This document shows positions 41,774 through 52,496 of a stretch of DNA of 64,000 bases, in pieces. The DNA is taken from NCBI GenBank assembly GCA_002633005.1, contig NMRA01000076.1:808748-872747 (forward strand), in the 5' to 3' direction. The position numbers were made by a program, and so were the translations under genes. Below the pieces are notes generated by a model. It saw only the letters and a list, made by a program, of their open reading frames with translations. It searched no databases and had not been told where the DNA came from. Source of the DNA: Phoronis australis. Lineage: Eukaryota > Animalia > Phoronida. How positions within the stretch are numbered: the first letter of the stretch is position 1; each line of letters opens with the position of its first letter.

Positions 41774-42998
41774 CCGTAAACTCGCGGGTTAACGCCCATG
41801 CCTGTGTAATCGCCCATCCCCGACTTTTGGTTAATTTTCGGTTTAAGCGTCCTCTGCTCAGGTAATCGCCCATCCCTTACTTTATACTAATTTCCACGTA
41901 AGTATCCACCTCTCGGGTAATCGCTCATCCCCAACTTACCACTTACAGAACTTGTGCTTCTCGTGCGTTTGTTAACAGCTTCGCCTTGGCCTCGGCTTCC
42001 GTGTTTGCGGAAACATAGCGTGCTTACACCTGCGTACAATTGTCTCAAAAAGTATGTTTTTCAGCCAGCGTTTGTGGAAGAACTCAAGCACTGCAACCAC
42101 CTTTTTTAAACTTATCAATTGATCTTTTGTTACATTAATATAGGCCTACTCTGTAGATTTTTATACTACGAGATTAGGTGTACGACTTCCTGGTCGTCAC
42201 CGACGTAGGTTGTCTAGGTGACAAGTTTTCGAATTACCTAGTACTCTAAATTTTTTCGTATAAGACACCATTTCCGATGCTTCCGAGTTCAGTAGATCAA
42301 ATTGATTTTGAAAGATTTATTTCCTGGGTCAACTCAGATTTGAATTGAAAACTAATATTCACACCGCCCTCTCATAATTGCAAACGGTTTGTATCGGTCG
42401 GGAACGAATAGTCCGTGTTTTTAACCCAGCGACAGATAATCTAAACAGTGAATCGAAAGTTTATCGGGTTAAATACCCGGACAATATTAACAACGAGACG
42501 GGACCGGAAGGGTTCCAACTAAACACAGTCGTGCGAATAACACTAACAATACAATGGCACTGGAAACGACATGTAGTCCCATTCACTGATCTGAAACAGT
42601 GCTAGCTGATACGGTAAGTGGACTGCCATTCGAGTTTCATAAAGCTCTGTGGTATGACATTTTGCAGCAAGCTAAGTATTTGAAAACATGGGACTTTTTT
42701 TTTCGCAAAATCACCCTTTCAAAGTCGAAATCCTGTTTCTGTTTGAGCCATGAGAAAATTTGTGGCTGTCGAGTCCCGCTGTTTGATCAAACTTACAAGT
42801 TCCGTGCTCGAATGAACAACCCGCAAGCTTGCCCAGTTCGGCAAAAACTTGGACGTAAGCAGCCACTGCCTGGGTAATCGCCCACCCCGACTTTTTGCCA
42901 ATTTATCGGTTTAACCGCCCATTGCTTGGGTAATCGCCCACTCCCCTGTCTCAGGGTTTCCCAATTTAAGCGCCCAGGGCCAACCTGCGAGTTTACGG
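41774..42998. mobile_element. Complete non-autonomous Tc1/mariner-superfamily element of Tc2/pogo type
   Basis: TA|CCGTAAACTCGCGGGTT ... AACCTGCGAGTTTACGG|TA, i.e. TIR plus TA TSD. Subterminal GTAATCGCCCA-type repeats at both ends. CpG-rich relative to flanks. No transposase ORF. Confidence 0.85.
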
Positions 42999-43003
42999 TA
43001 AAA

Positions 43004-43690
43004 GGCCCTTTCCCAAATATTCACCTCACTAACATCGAAACTTCGATGTTAGCTGCACTTAACAGCAAAGTTAAGCGTTGGTGTCCCCATCAGCTTCGGA
43101 GTTTTAGTTCAGTGAAGTTATGGCAAAGCCGTGCTTAAATATGACATTTGGTCACATGGTCTTACCATTTTTGATAGTGCTTCTTATCAAAAATGGCAAA
43201 GACATCACCCTCTCCCCAAATAGAAACTAAGAATGCCAACTACACAAGGTAGCCAATGGTAGCCAGATTGAGATGACGACGATGTACTAGAAAATGATAT
43301 ATTAAAAATTTGACTCTTGAGCAGGCTGACAACTGATCCAAACAAAGGTGGTATGGCGTGGCGAGAAATCGTTTTGCGTACACTTTGACTTTTTAATGTA
43401 AAGAATCCAAATTGAAACAGAATGCTTAGGCCACCAAACTAACAATTGTTAGAATAAAATATTAATAAATATTAATAAGTCACCGCCCACTGTGAGACAA
43501 TGCAGGCAGCGACCTCTGCCGATAACTCAGACGTCATCGAAGTTAAAGTGTTCCCATTGCAGCGAAGTGCCGACGCTTCCCTGTTAAATCCACCACTTTA
43601 CTTCGGAGTTAACTTGCGCTGTTAACTTCGATTCAAGACCGAAGTTAAGTGTTTCCATTGAGCGAAACTTCGGAAACAGTGGGAAAGGCA
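43004..43690. mobile_element. MITE of repeat family D (possibly PIF/Harbinger-type termini)
   Basis: ggccctttccca ... tgggaaaggc termini, gaagttaa/ttaacttc sub-repeats, and homology to 24815-24965. Confidence 0.45.
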
Positions 43691-44649
43691 TATGAAAAAT
43701 CGATGTATTATAGACTTTTGTCACATATAATGACAATGAACCAGAAGTGCTGAGGATATGGTGTAAATTAATTTATCTCAACACTAATGGCAACTCACTG
43801 AATCATAAGTATAATATTCACTTTTTGACAGATGTCAGATCAACTTCAACAGAGAAAATAAACAACAAAAATGACAATTGGCGAAATCGAACAAAAAGCT
43901 TAAGAGCTCAATATGTCGACCAAACAAAGAAGTCCACCACAACCCTCAGATGACCATGACACCAACGAATAATAAACGATAAACCGTTAAAAGTGCATCG
44001 AGGGATCGATGCCTTATAAGAGAAATTAGCAACATGTGACTTGATTGGAACGTGTTAGTCACAATCTAGCGCTCACTAATAGGCATTTGGGGTAACAAAA
44101 CCTCAAATGTTAGCACAGGAGTTGCATCATGCTCAATTCATATTCAAGCATTTCAATAAAACTTTCCTCATACTCAAGGCCATTCCCATGTTTTCTACCA
44201 ATTTCAGCACCCAGCATATAAAGCTGAATGTTTACTGTTATTGCAGGTGTCACAATTTCTGTAAGTGTAGAAAAGTCAACTCTAATTTTCAAACTAATTC
44301 CACATGAAGCTACATTATGCTGGTCCACCCATGTCAGTAGTTGTGTATAAAGCTGGAAAATTCCTTAACATGCAACATCAAAAGCCTTAGAATGTCATTA
44401 CCTTGATCTGTATAGCTCACAGTGGCCCACTGTTGGTTGGAAACATCACGCCATATGGTGAAGAACTGGTCACATGACTTGTACTGGAGCTTGAACTAGA
44501 ACTGAGATTATCTATGCTGTCATGGTGGTCTGCAAAGGTAATCAAAATGGAGGTTGTCACAACTCAATGTAAAATGACCAAAAGGTACATAAGCATGACC
44601 ATCAAAAGATATAGTGATGAAATTGATTACACATGTCAAGAACACCCAA

Positions 44650-44750
44650 CTGGTTCTCACAAGCTTAAACGTGATCATTGTCAAGACAGACTGACGTTTC
44701 TGAAATGTAGCGACATGTTTCGGTGGTAAAACATTCACCATTGTCAAGTT
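44650..44750 (-). ncRNA. Minimal hammerhead-ribozyme-like motifs (U3-A8 variant) in the Penelope 3' pLTR
   Basis: Minus strand C-UUGACAA-U-GGUG-aauguuuuac-CACC-GAAA-CAU-GUC-GCU (44709-44748). It is followed by GAAACGUC and a second degenerate UUGACAA-UGA-UCAC...GUGA-GAAC unit. Confidence 0.65.
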
Positions 44751-44857
44751 TTATTAAGAGAATGGATGTCAGGATGGCTATAGGTACAATACACAGAAAA
44801 TTCCAAAACGCGCAAAAATACCAGAACAGGATTGACTAGCAATTAGCGAATCACATC

Positions 44858-45039
44858 TCAGAGTAACAGTGTCAACGACTCATGGGAAACCTGTGCATCA
44901 AGGCGTTTCCAAAGACCGAATGTGAATGGCTTCACGCAGTTTCAAATGATAGCGATAAGTATCACTGTCAATAAATCGTAAAGCTGTGTTCCCCACCGAG
45001 TCTCTAGAATTATTTGTTTTTCAAGAGTCTAAAGATATG
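44858..45039 (-). pseudogene. Penelope-like element GIY-YIG endonuclease C-terminus (frameshifted)
   Basis: HIFRLLK.../...RFIDSDTYRYHLKLREAIHIR.../RLDAQVSHESLTLLL* fits the Penelope C-terminal pattern HIFxHL...ILDS...LKIKEAxHI...LNxQV. Confidence 0.8.
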
Positions 45040-45059
45040 TCAAGGCACCTAAACTACAT

Positions 45060-45433
45060 GTTTAACGGACTCATGGAGAACACGGTCACGGATGCATGAA
45101 CATGACTCACGGACCTGCAAACACTGTCCACTGACTCACTAACACAGGAACGGACTCACAAAACATGATCCATTCAACACATACACGGGACACGAACTCA
45201 TATTCATGAGGAAACACTGTTAACGGACCGCCAAACACGGGTCACGGACTGACATCGGCTTCCTGGGTCAGCTGACATCTACATTTTGTCTGTAAACCGT
45301 GTTTCTAACTGGCGGACGGGTCCGTTAACCGTGTTTCTTCGTGAATGTGAGTCTGTGTCCCGTGTATTTGGGAGAATGAATCGCGTTTTGTGAGTCCATT
45401 GTCGTGTTTGTGAGTCAGTGGACGATGTTTGCA
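45060..45433. mobile_element. Foldback/MITE with ~125 bp inverted arms
   Basis: 45116-45240 is the imperfect reverse complement of 45297-45432. Built of cacgga/actcac sub-repeats. Confidence 0.75.
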
Positions 45434-45679
45434 AGTTATTGTTACTGGTTGTCTGCGCACTACAGCACTAATAAGATCGCAGGATGGCACAGGGCTATTA
45501 CTCACCAATTTTATAAATTTAATTGTGATTGACTAATCTGTGGGCAACAGAACATTTCTTGGGATCGTCTGCTGTTATGACACTTTTAGCGACATTTGGC
45601 GACTTGACAATAAAGCTCCTTAAAAAGTTCTACGCGTTCCGAGTACGTATGTCGTGTGGTACTCTGAGTCTGATAATGA

Positions 45680-45804
45680 GGTAACATTAACCACCTAGGG
45701 TGGTTGTCTGTTGTAGTAAGCGCCCATGTCTGGTTAACCACCCACCCCTGATTTTTTGGGTTTGCCAATTTAACCACCCAGGGCATTAACCCGAACGTTT
45801 ACGG
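45680..45804. mobile_element. Right end of a second Tc2/pogo-type non-autonomous element
   Basis: taagcgccca / taaccaccca sub-repeats ending cagggcattaacccgaacgtttacgg, parallel to the 42970-42998 terminus. Confidence 0.55.
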
Positions 45805-46092
45805 CTTGAACAATTACATTAAGCACTGCTCTGAATGGTGGAAGTGTTCCTTTCTTATGCTTTTTATGGATTTTCAACAAAAAATTGTGTTCCTGGTTGG
45901 AATCCACATGGGTACATGCACCATAATCTTCTGTGCTAATGTGATTTTTAGATTTTAAATCCAAGCTCGTAGTTGGCGTTCCTTGAACAGAGTCAAATCA
46001 CAATTAAGAGATTGAAATTTTGAAGTTTCCTTGATCATTTTATGAACAGCATTAATGCAATCTTTGTGATCAGTAATGACAACACCATTTCC
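45805..46092 (-). pseudogene. Penelope-like reverse transcriptase N-terminal fragment (frameshifted)
   Basis: GNGVVITDHKDCINAVHKMIKETSKFQSLNCDLTLFKERQL / LKSKNHIS / YPCGFQPG / LKIHKKHKKGTLPPFRAVL matches the Penelope motifs KGNGVVI.D...YP.GS.PG..YGLPKIHK...PFRPIL. Confidence 0.85.
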
Positions 46093-46153
46093 TGACATCC
46101 ATTCTCTTAATAAAGCTTGACAATGGTCGATGTTTTACAGCCAAAACATGTCG
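46091..46153 (+). ncRNA. Inverted Penelope pLTR copy with a decayed hammerhead motif
   Basis: Reverse complement of 44711-44773: AGC-TTGACAA-TGGTC...GCC-AAAA-CATGTC. GAAA has become AAAA. Repeated at ~47303-47365. Confidence 0.65.
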
Positions 46154-46299
46154 ATCTAGAAAAGTTGTTGTCTTTATTCAGATTGGCCGGCTTTATGCTG
46201 AAAAAAATGTAAGTATACATTTAATAGATGTTTTGAGTTTGGTATTTGAAGCTGCAGCAGTGTTAGGTAACAGAGTTTTATTGTGATGTGGGACTCACA

Positions 46300-46545
46300 A
46301 CTATTGAGTTGCTCATGAGTGAAAGATTCTTAATGTCCATGTGTGTCCCATTGTATTGTAGTGTTTGGTTTGGACAACTGGGGTGAGTTAATGCACAGCT
46401 GGTTACAGGTAAGATGGTGGAAAGCACGCCTTCGCAAACACAATGATGCGTTGGAACTTCACAACAGTCCGATGCACAAACCACCTTCAGTTCATGGAAT
46501 GGCAAATCACCAAAAAACAATTCATGATGCAATATTGTAAACAAG
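46300..46545 (+). pseudogene. Possible hAT transposase TTF-type zinc-finger remnant
   Basis: Across frameshifts it reads VKDS..CPC..C, then KHAF, then QQSDA..TFSSW, reminiscent of ZMYM1-like hAT N-termini. Very degenerate. Confidence 0.25.
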
Positions 46546-47016
46546 GTACAATATTATTATTGTCTCGTTGTTTCTAAAACATTGAGAGCTCATAAATGCT
46601 TCACCATTTTCAAATNTGAGTCGGTGGACGATGTTTGCAATCCAAGTTATTGTTACTGGTCGTCTGCGCACTACAGCTCTAATAAGATCGCAGGACGGCA
46701 CAGGAATATTACTCACCAATTTTGTAAATTTAATTGTGATTGACTAATCTGTGGGCAACAGAACATTTCTTGGGATCGTCTGCTGTTATGACACTTTTAG
46801 CGGCGCATTTGGCGACTTGACAATAAAGCTCTTTGAAAAGTTCTACGCGTTCCGAGTACGTATGTCGTGTGGTACTCTGAGTCTGATAATGAGGTAAGAT
46901 TAACCACCCAGGGCGGTTGTCTGTTGTAATAAGCGCCCATGTCTGGTTAACCACAACCCCTGATTTTTTGGGTTTGCCAATTTAACCACCCAGGGCATTA
47001 ACCCGAACGTTTACGG

Positions 47017-47304
47017 TTTGAACAATTACATTAAGCACTGCTCTGAATGGTGGAAGTGTTCCTATCTTATGCTTTTTGTGAATTTTCAACAAAAAATTCT
47101 GTTCCTGGTTGGAATCCACATGGGTACATGCACCATAATCTTCTGTGCTAATGTGATTTTTAGATTTCAAATCCAAGCTCGTAGTTGGCGTTCCTTGAAC
47201 AGAGTCAAATCACAATTAAGAGATTGAAATTTTGAAGTTTCCTTGATCATTTTATGAACAGCATTAATGTAATCTCTGTGATCAGTAATGACAACACCAT
47301 TTCC
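47017..47304 (-). pseudogene. Duplicate of the Penelope RT fragment (second copy of the duplication)
   Basis: Same motifs as 45805-46092 (LKIHKKHKIGTLPPFRAVL). Confidence 0.8.
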
Positions 47305-50300
47305 TGACATCCATTCTCTTAATAAAGCTTGACAATGGTCGATGTTTTACAGCCAAACCATGTCGATCTAGAAAAGTTGTTGTCTTTATTCAGATTGGCC
47401 GGCTTTATGCTGAAAAAATGTAAGTATACATTTAATAGATGTTCTGAGTTTGGTATTTGAAGCTGCAGCAGTGTTAGGTAACAGTGTTTTATTGTGATGT
47501 GGGACTCACAACTATTGAGTTGCTCATGAGTGAAAGATTCTTAATATCCATGTGTGTCCCATTGTATTGTAGTGTTTGGTTGGGACAACTGGGGTGAGTT
47601 AATGCACAGCTGGTTACAGGTAAGATGGTGGAAAGCACGCCTTCGCAAACACAATGATGCGTTGGAACTTCACAACAGTCCGATGCACAAACCACCTTCA
47701 GTTCATGGAATGGCAAATCACCAAAAAACAATTCATGATGCAATATTGTAAACAAGGTACAATATTATTATTGTCTCGTTGTTTCTAAAACATTGAGAGC
47801 TCATAAATGCTTCACCATTTTCAAATTTTGCATCACACCAATAATTACTATAAGACAATATATTTGAAAAATTGCTGGCATGATCAAAATATTCGATTCC
47901 CCATAAAACTGAAAATAGACAATTTTCATTTAGTGCTTGCAAGAGTTGCTTTGCATGTACTAAGATTCACGACATATCACATTGACCATAAAACTTAAAA
48001 ACCTGATAAGGCAAGAATTGGCAAGGCACAACACCATGAGCTTGACTTTGTTGATAAAATTCCTAGTATTGTTGATAGAAGTTTTTGAGAAAAAAAAGTT
48101 ATTTATCAGAAAAATTCACTTTGTTACGGATCTTTAGAAGATCAGAGTCCATAAGTAAAGAACGATTCGACGTGCCTCATTCAATTTTTCAAATTTTTTA
48201 TGTTTGCAGAGCCACTCACTATGGCAGCAGCAAAACTTTTTGGCATCAAAATAACAAATGAAAGACTATAGTGATCAAGACTGACAGCAGTGTACAACTG
48301 TGGCATTGTGAATAACCACAGAATCAGAGAGGGCGCTGGTGTCTTCTAAGAAGTGACTATTTTCTATGACTGAGCTTCTGTTGGGCATTCTGCCTTCAAC
48401 ATAGCAGGCACTGTCTTAGCCATTACTGGTTCCTGCTGACGAGACAGACTGTTGCATAACAGTCAAAACCTCGAAATCTGTCAAGCCTTGGAAAGAAAAA
48501 GATGACAAAAAAACAATTGCAACTGGTTGCATTTAACGTCAATTATCAGTGAGGTGATGACAAGTGATCAGATAATCACAATTTGTGTCTTTCCTAATTA
48601 CTTGCTATTCTACGTCAAGCTCCATATACGGCACTAATTGCTGAATATGAACACGAATCTTGGTGCAGTAGATAATTACGCCAGGCAACGATTACATGGA
48701 ATGTGATTGCTACTTCACACATTCATAAGTCTTGACCACCAAACTTTACTGGAAAGCTCGGAAAACTGACAATTCATGTGCTACACATTCAGTAAGTTTT
48801 TACGCGATGAGATTGGTAACTTTTTAAGTCAAGTATTGCGTAAAGTTTGGGGGTCACGGCCCTGCTTTCAAAAGAAAACAAAAATGGCCAGCTTCACCAA
48901 AAATATCTTAAGACCTCTTTTTTCTTAAAGAAAAAATAATTTCAAATAATACAAAAAGTATTTTAAAGTTATGCATATCTTAAAATGAAAACCTGAAGTA
49001 CGAAGACCTTGACCCTGACCCAGGAATAAAACATTCTTCTTACGGTAAGAACCTACTTCTCCATACAAGATTAATGAGCCGCACTAGAAGATTATTACAA
49101 GGCAGGTTCAACTATAGTCTGATAAGAACAAAATTGTCAGTGACAGCCCTAAAAATGACATGCCTGTTTTGGCACCTGGGTCCCATGGGCAACTCCCCTA
49201 AATCCTCATGTGAACCACAAACAAACCCGATATGAAGTTGACTTGAAAAAGCTTGAAAGATCCTCAATAAGTCAAACTGCTGTCATCATTTTTCAACATC
49301 TTGGAAGTTGGCTGTACAGTACCATACATCAATAATTAGATGCCAACTTCAAACTTAGAATGAAATAAGTCATGGCAATGAATCTAGTTTCAGTGACAAT
49401 TAACAGACCCATTTTGGTTCCTTAAAAGAATGATCATGTAAAATTAGGTGTTCCCGACATGAAAATCTTTGAAGAGGCATGGAATGCGAAAGCTCCTCAA
49501 AATATCTTTTAAACAATTCTTGACAATTAAGTACCACTTCACAATGTCTAGTGCAGAGTAATTCATTTTCCCTGTGAGCAAATTTCCAGAAAAAATAACG
49601 AAATTGGGAATTTCTAAAACTCTCTGGTTACCACAACATTTCTAATCTCCCTCCCACTTATGATAAATGCGAGCATGCGCTCACAGTTAGATGCTTGAAG
49701 TCGCTTGAGGTCAAAGGTCACATTTCCATATAAGTAAAATGTCAATGTCTTGCCTGACACCAAATAAAGAGGCGTGTTTTGCCTTGTGAGAGAAAAATAG
49801 GCGAAGTGGTGAGCAGTTGACAAATCGCTTTTTTTGAAATTCGAAACTAGAAGGAAATGTTATGATATCGACAGAAAATAAAACAACAAACTTCAAAAAT
49901 ACTTAGTGAACAGGTTGAATTCTGTTTCAGTGGCAGAGAACCACTTTCAATAGTGCAAATTAGTCTGTTTACCGCGTTCCAGGCCTCTTTAACATGTACA
50001 TGCTCCAAACAAAAGTAGATTTTAGGGGATAAAATTACGGGTCTATAACTCGGGGAATGACAAGGGACACAAACAGAATAGCAACAAAATTCACTAGCGA
50101 GTGTGAACTTAGTTGTGTAACACCTGTAGATTGCGAACTACTTTTATCAGGGTGCAAAAACATAACCTACGTTGCCCATGTCAAAAACTAGTTCCACAAG
50201 TCAGAAAGTATTAATGCAACACAGCTGTCAACTCCTACAAAACCCATGAAAGCTAAAGTCTAAAGAGATTTGAAATAGACTCCTCGACGATGATGTGATT

Positions 50301-50984
50301 ACTAATAAACGCCAAGTGATAATTTGATAAATATACCCGAAATGTAGACAGAAACCTATTGTTAGTCATAGCCAGTCGCAGATAACCTGGTGATGGACAC
50401 TAACGAAGTTTTTTATTCACTCCTGCCAGTAGCTTCTCATCACTCAGGCAGGCAAACTATGAAAATTGACAATCACTCACGGCAACGCACCACATCAAAT
50501 TACTCACGCCATGGACTTGACTATGTTGTTAAAGACATGCATGTTCAAGCATTACATTGAGATGGCAAATGCAACTGCATACTTCATTTATTTAGAAAAT
50601 TTGAGACAAAGGATGAGATTTAATTTCTGAATTTTTACCACAAATAACAAAATTATATATCAGCAATTGTATCCATTCAGATGAAGACTCCTGTTCAGTT
50701 TAACGCCCACCACGGAAATTTCAACAAGATTTTACTTTTGAAAGCGAAGTTTCCCATATCAAGTTTGAGGATTTAACCCCATGTTTAAATTTTAATTATT
50801 CCTAGCAAAACAGCCAGTACTAAAAATAAAAAATCTCATTTTTTAGCAAAATAATTTTGAGCAAAATAACTAGTTTTACTAGGAAACATGTTTTACAAGT
50901 TCTACCACTATGCAAAATAGTCAGTGTTGCCATGTAACCATGTGCATGTGATTTCTCCTTTTTCCACTGTAAAAGTAACTTTTA

Positions 50985-51071
50985 AACCTGTAAAGTGGCT
51001 GTGTTCATTGTATTTTTGACCTATTAGAAGCTGGGTTCATTGTATTTTAGACCTGTAAGAAGCTTGGTTCA
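50985..51071. repeat. ~32 bp imperfect tandem repeat
   Basis: gct(g/t)(t/g)gttcattgtatttt(t/a)gacct(a/g)t(t/a)agaa occurs about 2.5 times. Confidence 0.7.
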
Positions 51072-52324
51072 GTCTAGTGCAATATGGCAATGTGATATTG
51101 TTTTCTGTATTCCCCTCCCGGACTACTTCAACAGTGCCCTCTGACATGGTAAGTTCAAAAGGTGGGTCAATGTCGACTCGAGGTAGTTGGCCGGTTCGAT
51201 CATCAAACTTTCCCAAAATAGTTTAAAGTAATACAGTGGCTGCAGTATAAGTAACACTCAACATGCAATCTGGTCCCAAACGTAATACCTGGAACAAAAC
51301 TATGACAGTTTTGTCTCAGTTTTCAATTGCTAAACATTATATCATATGCAACTGAGAGGCATCTATTCCTCGTAACTACAATATCAAATATTGTTGTTAT
51401 TTAACTATTTTCAGTAAATGTTACAAGTTCAATGCAAAGTTACATTGTTTTCATCTTGTTATCTCTTTTCAAGTAATAAATCGTTACATTTAAAACTGTT
51501 GCTTTTCCTAAAGAAAACTTGTAACTTAACGCGCAATTACATAACATCTAGGATGTGATCCATAACATGAACAGTCTGGGTAAAGTATTTAAAAAATCAG
51601 CCAAAAAATGAAAGAAACTTAGAAATTCAAAGCGTATGGGATAAATACAAAACATACCTCGATTGGCATAGATGAAGTAAAAACCCATTGTTCCGCATAT
51701 CGACCAATACCAAAGGTTGAGGTGTAAAATTTTGGGTATTCATGATATGAAACCCTTTGAAAATGGTAATTAGAGCAATTATTTTTCTCCAAAATTATTC
51801 ATACTTTACAAAAAAATTGTTTAGATCGAGTTACAAAGAATAAAAAATATGATTATTGAATAACGGCTAACGAAGATTTTTGCACTTGTAAGAAAGTGTG
51901 AACCAAAACTCAAGCAATACTCAAACCTTACGCTAACAGGACTTGCACGCAAGTGGACGAGAAAGCAAAGCGTGTACTGTTTATCCCACAGCATCCAGCG
52001 AGTTCCTTGGCCCATCATAGCCATGATGGCACCGTCACGAATTGAAGTGAACTAGTTGCTATTCATGGGTTTGGTAAACGTGTTGGATGAGATAATTGCA
52101 GTCATAAACAAACATACCTGTTTAGCGTAAGAGTTTCAAAGTCAAAAAATGAACAATAAGTAAGGCAAATGACCAACATGACTGTGATTAAAATTGAAGA
52201 GAAAGTAGTAGCCATCTTGGAATTTTTAAAATCGACGCACTATAAGAGAAATTAGCGAATAGGTCTTCTTCAGCATCGCGGCTAAGTCACGAACATTAAT
52301 TTGTGCATCAATTAGGAGGCGCTT

Positions 52325-52496
52325 GTCACAGTCTGGCTTAGATAGTCACAGTCTGGCTTAGATAGTCACAGCCTGGCTTAGTCACAAACTGGCTTAGATA
52401 GTCACAGTCTGGCTTAGATAGTCACAGTCTGGCTTAGTCACAAACTGGCTTACATAGTCAAAGTCTGGCTTAGATAGTCAAAGTCTGGCATAGATT
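52325..52496. repeat. 20/16 bp minisatellite inside a family A repeat, 9 units
   Basis: gtcacagtctggctta(gata) units in the order 20,20,16,20,20,16,20,20,20. Confidence 0.95.

Larger units (their letters stand above)
45411..47826. repeat. ~1.2 kb tandem duplication (45411-46615 / 46617-47826) joined by a single N; probable haplotype-overlap artefact
   Basis: Near-identical copies with the N at 46616 at the junction. Explains the paired ORFs in the track. Confidence 0.85.

Noticed and set aside
51657-51757. Open minus-strand segment ending in gag|gtatgt (VSYHEYPKFYTSTFGIGRYAEQWVFTSSMPIE)
   Set aside because: Only an AAG acceptor, no recognised homology, and it lies among repeats.
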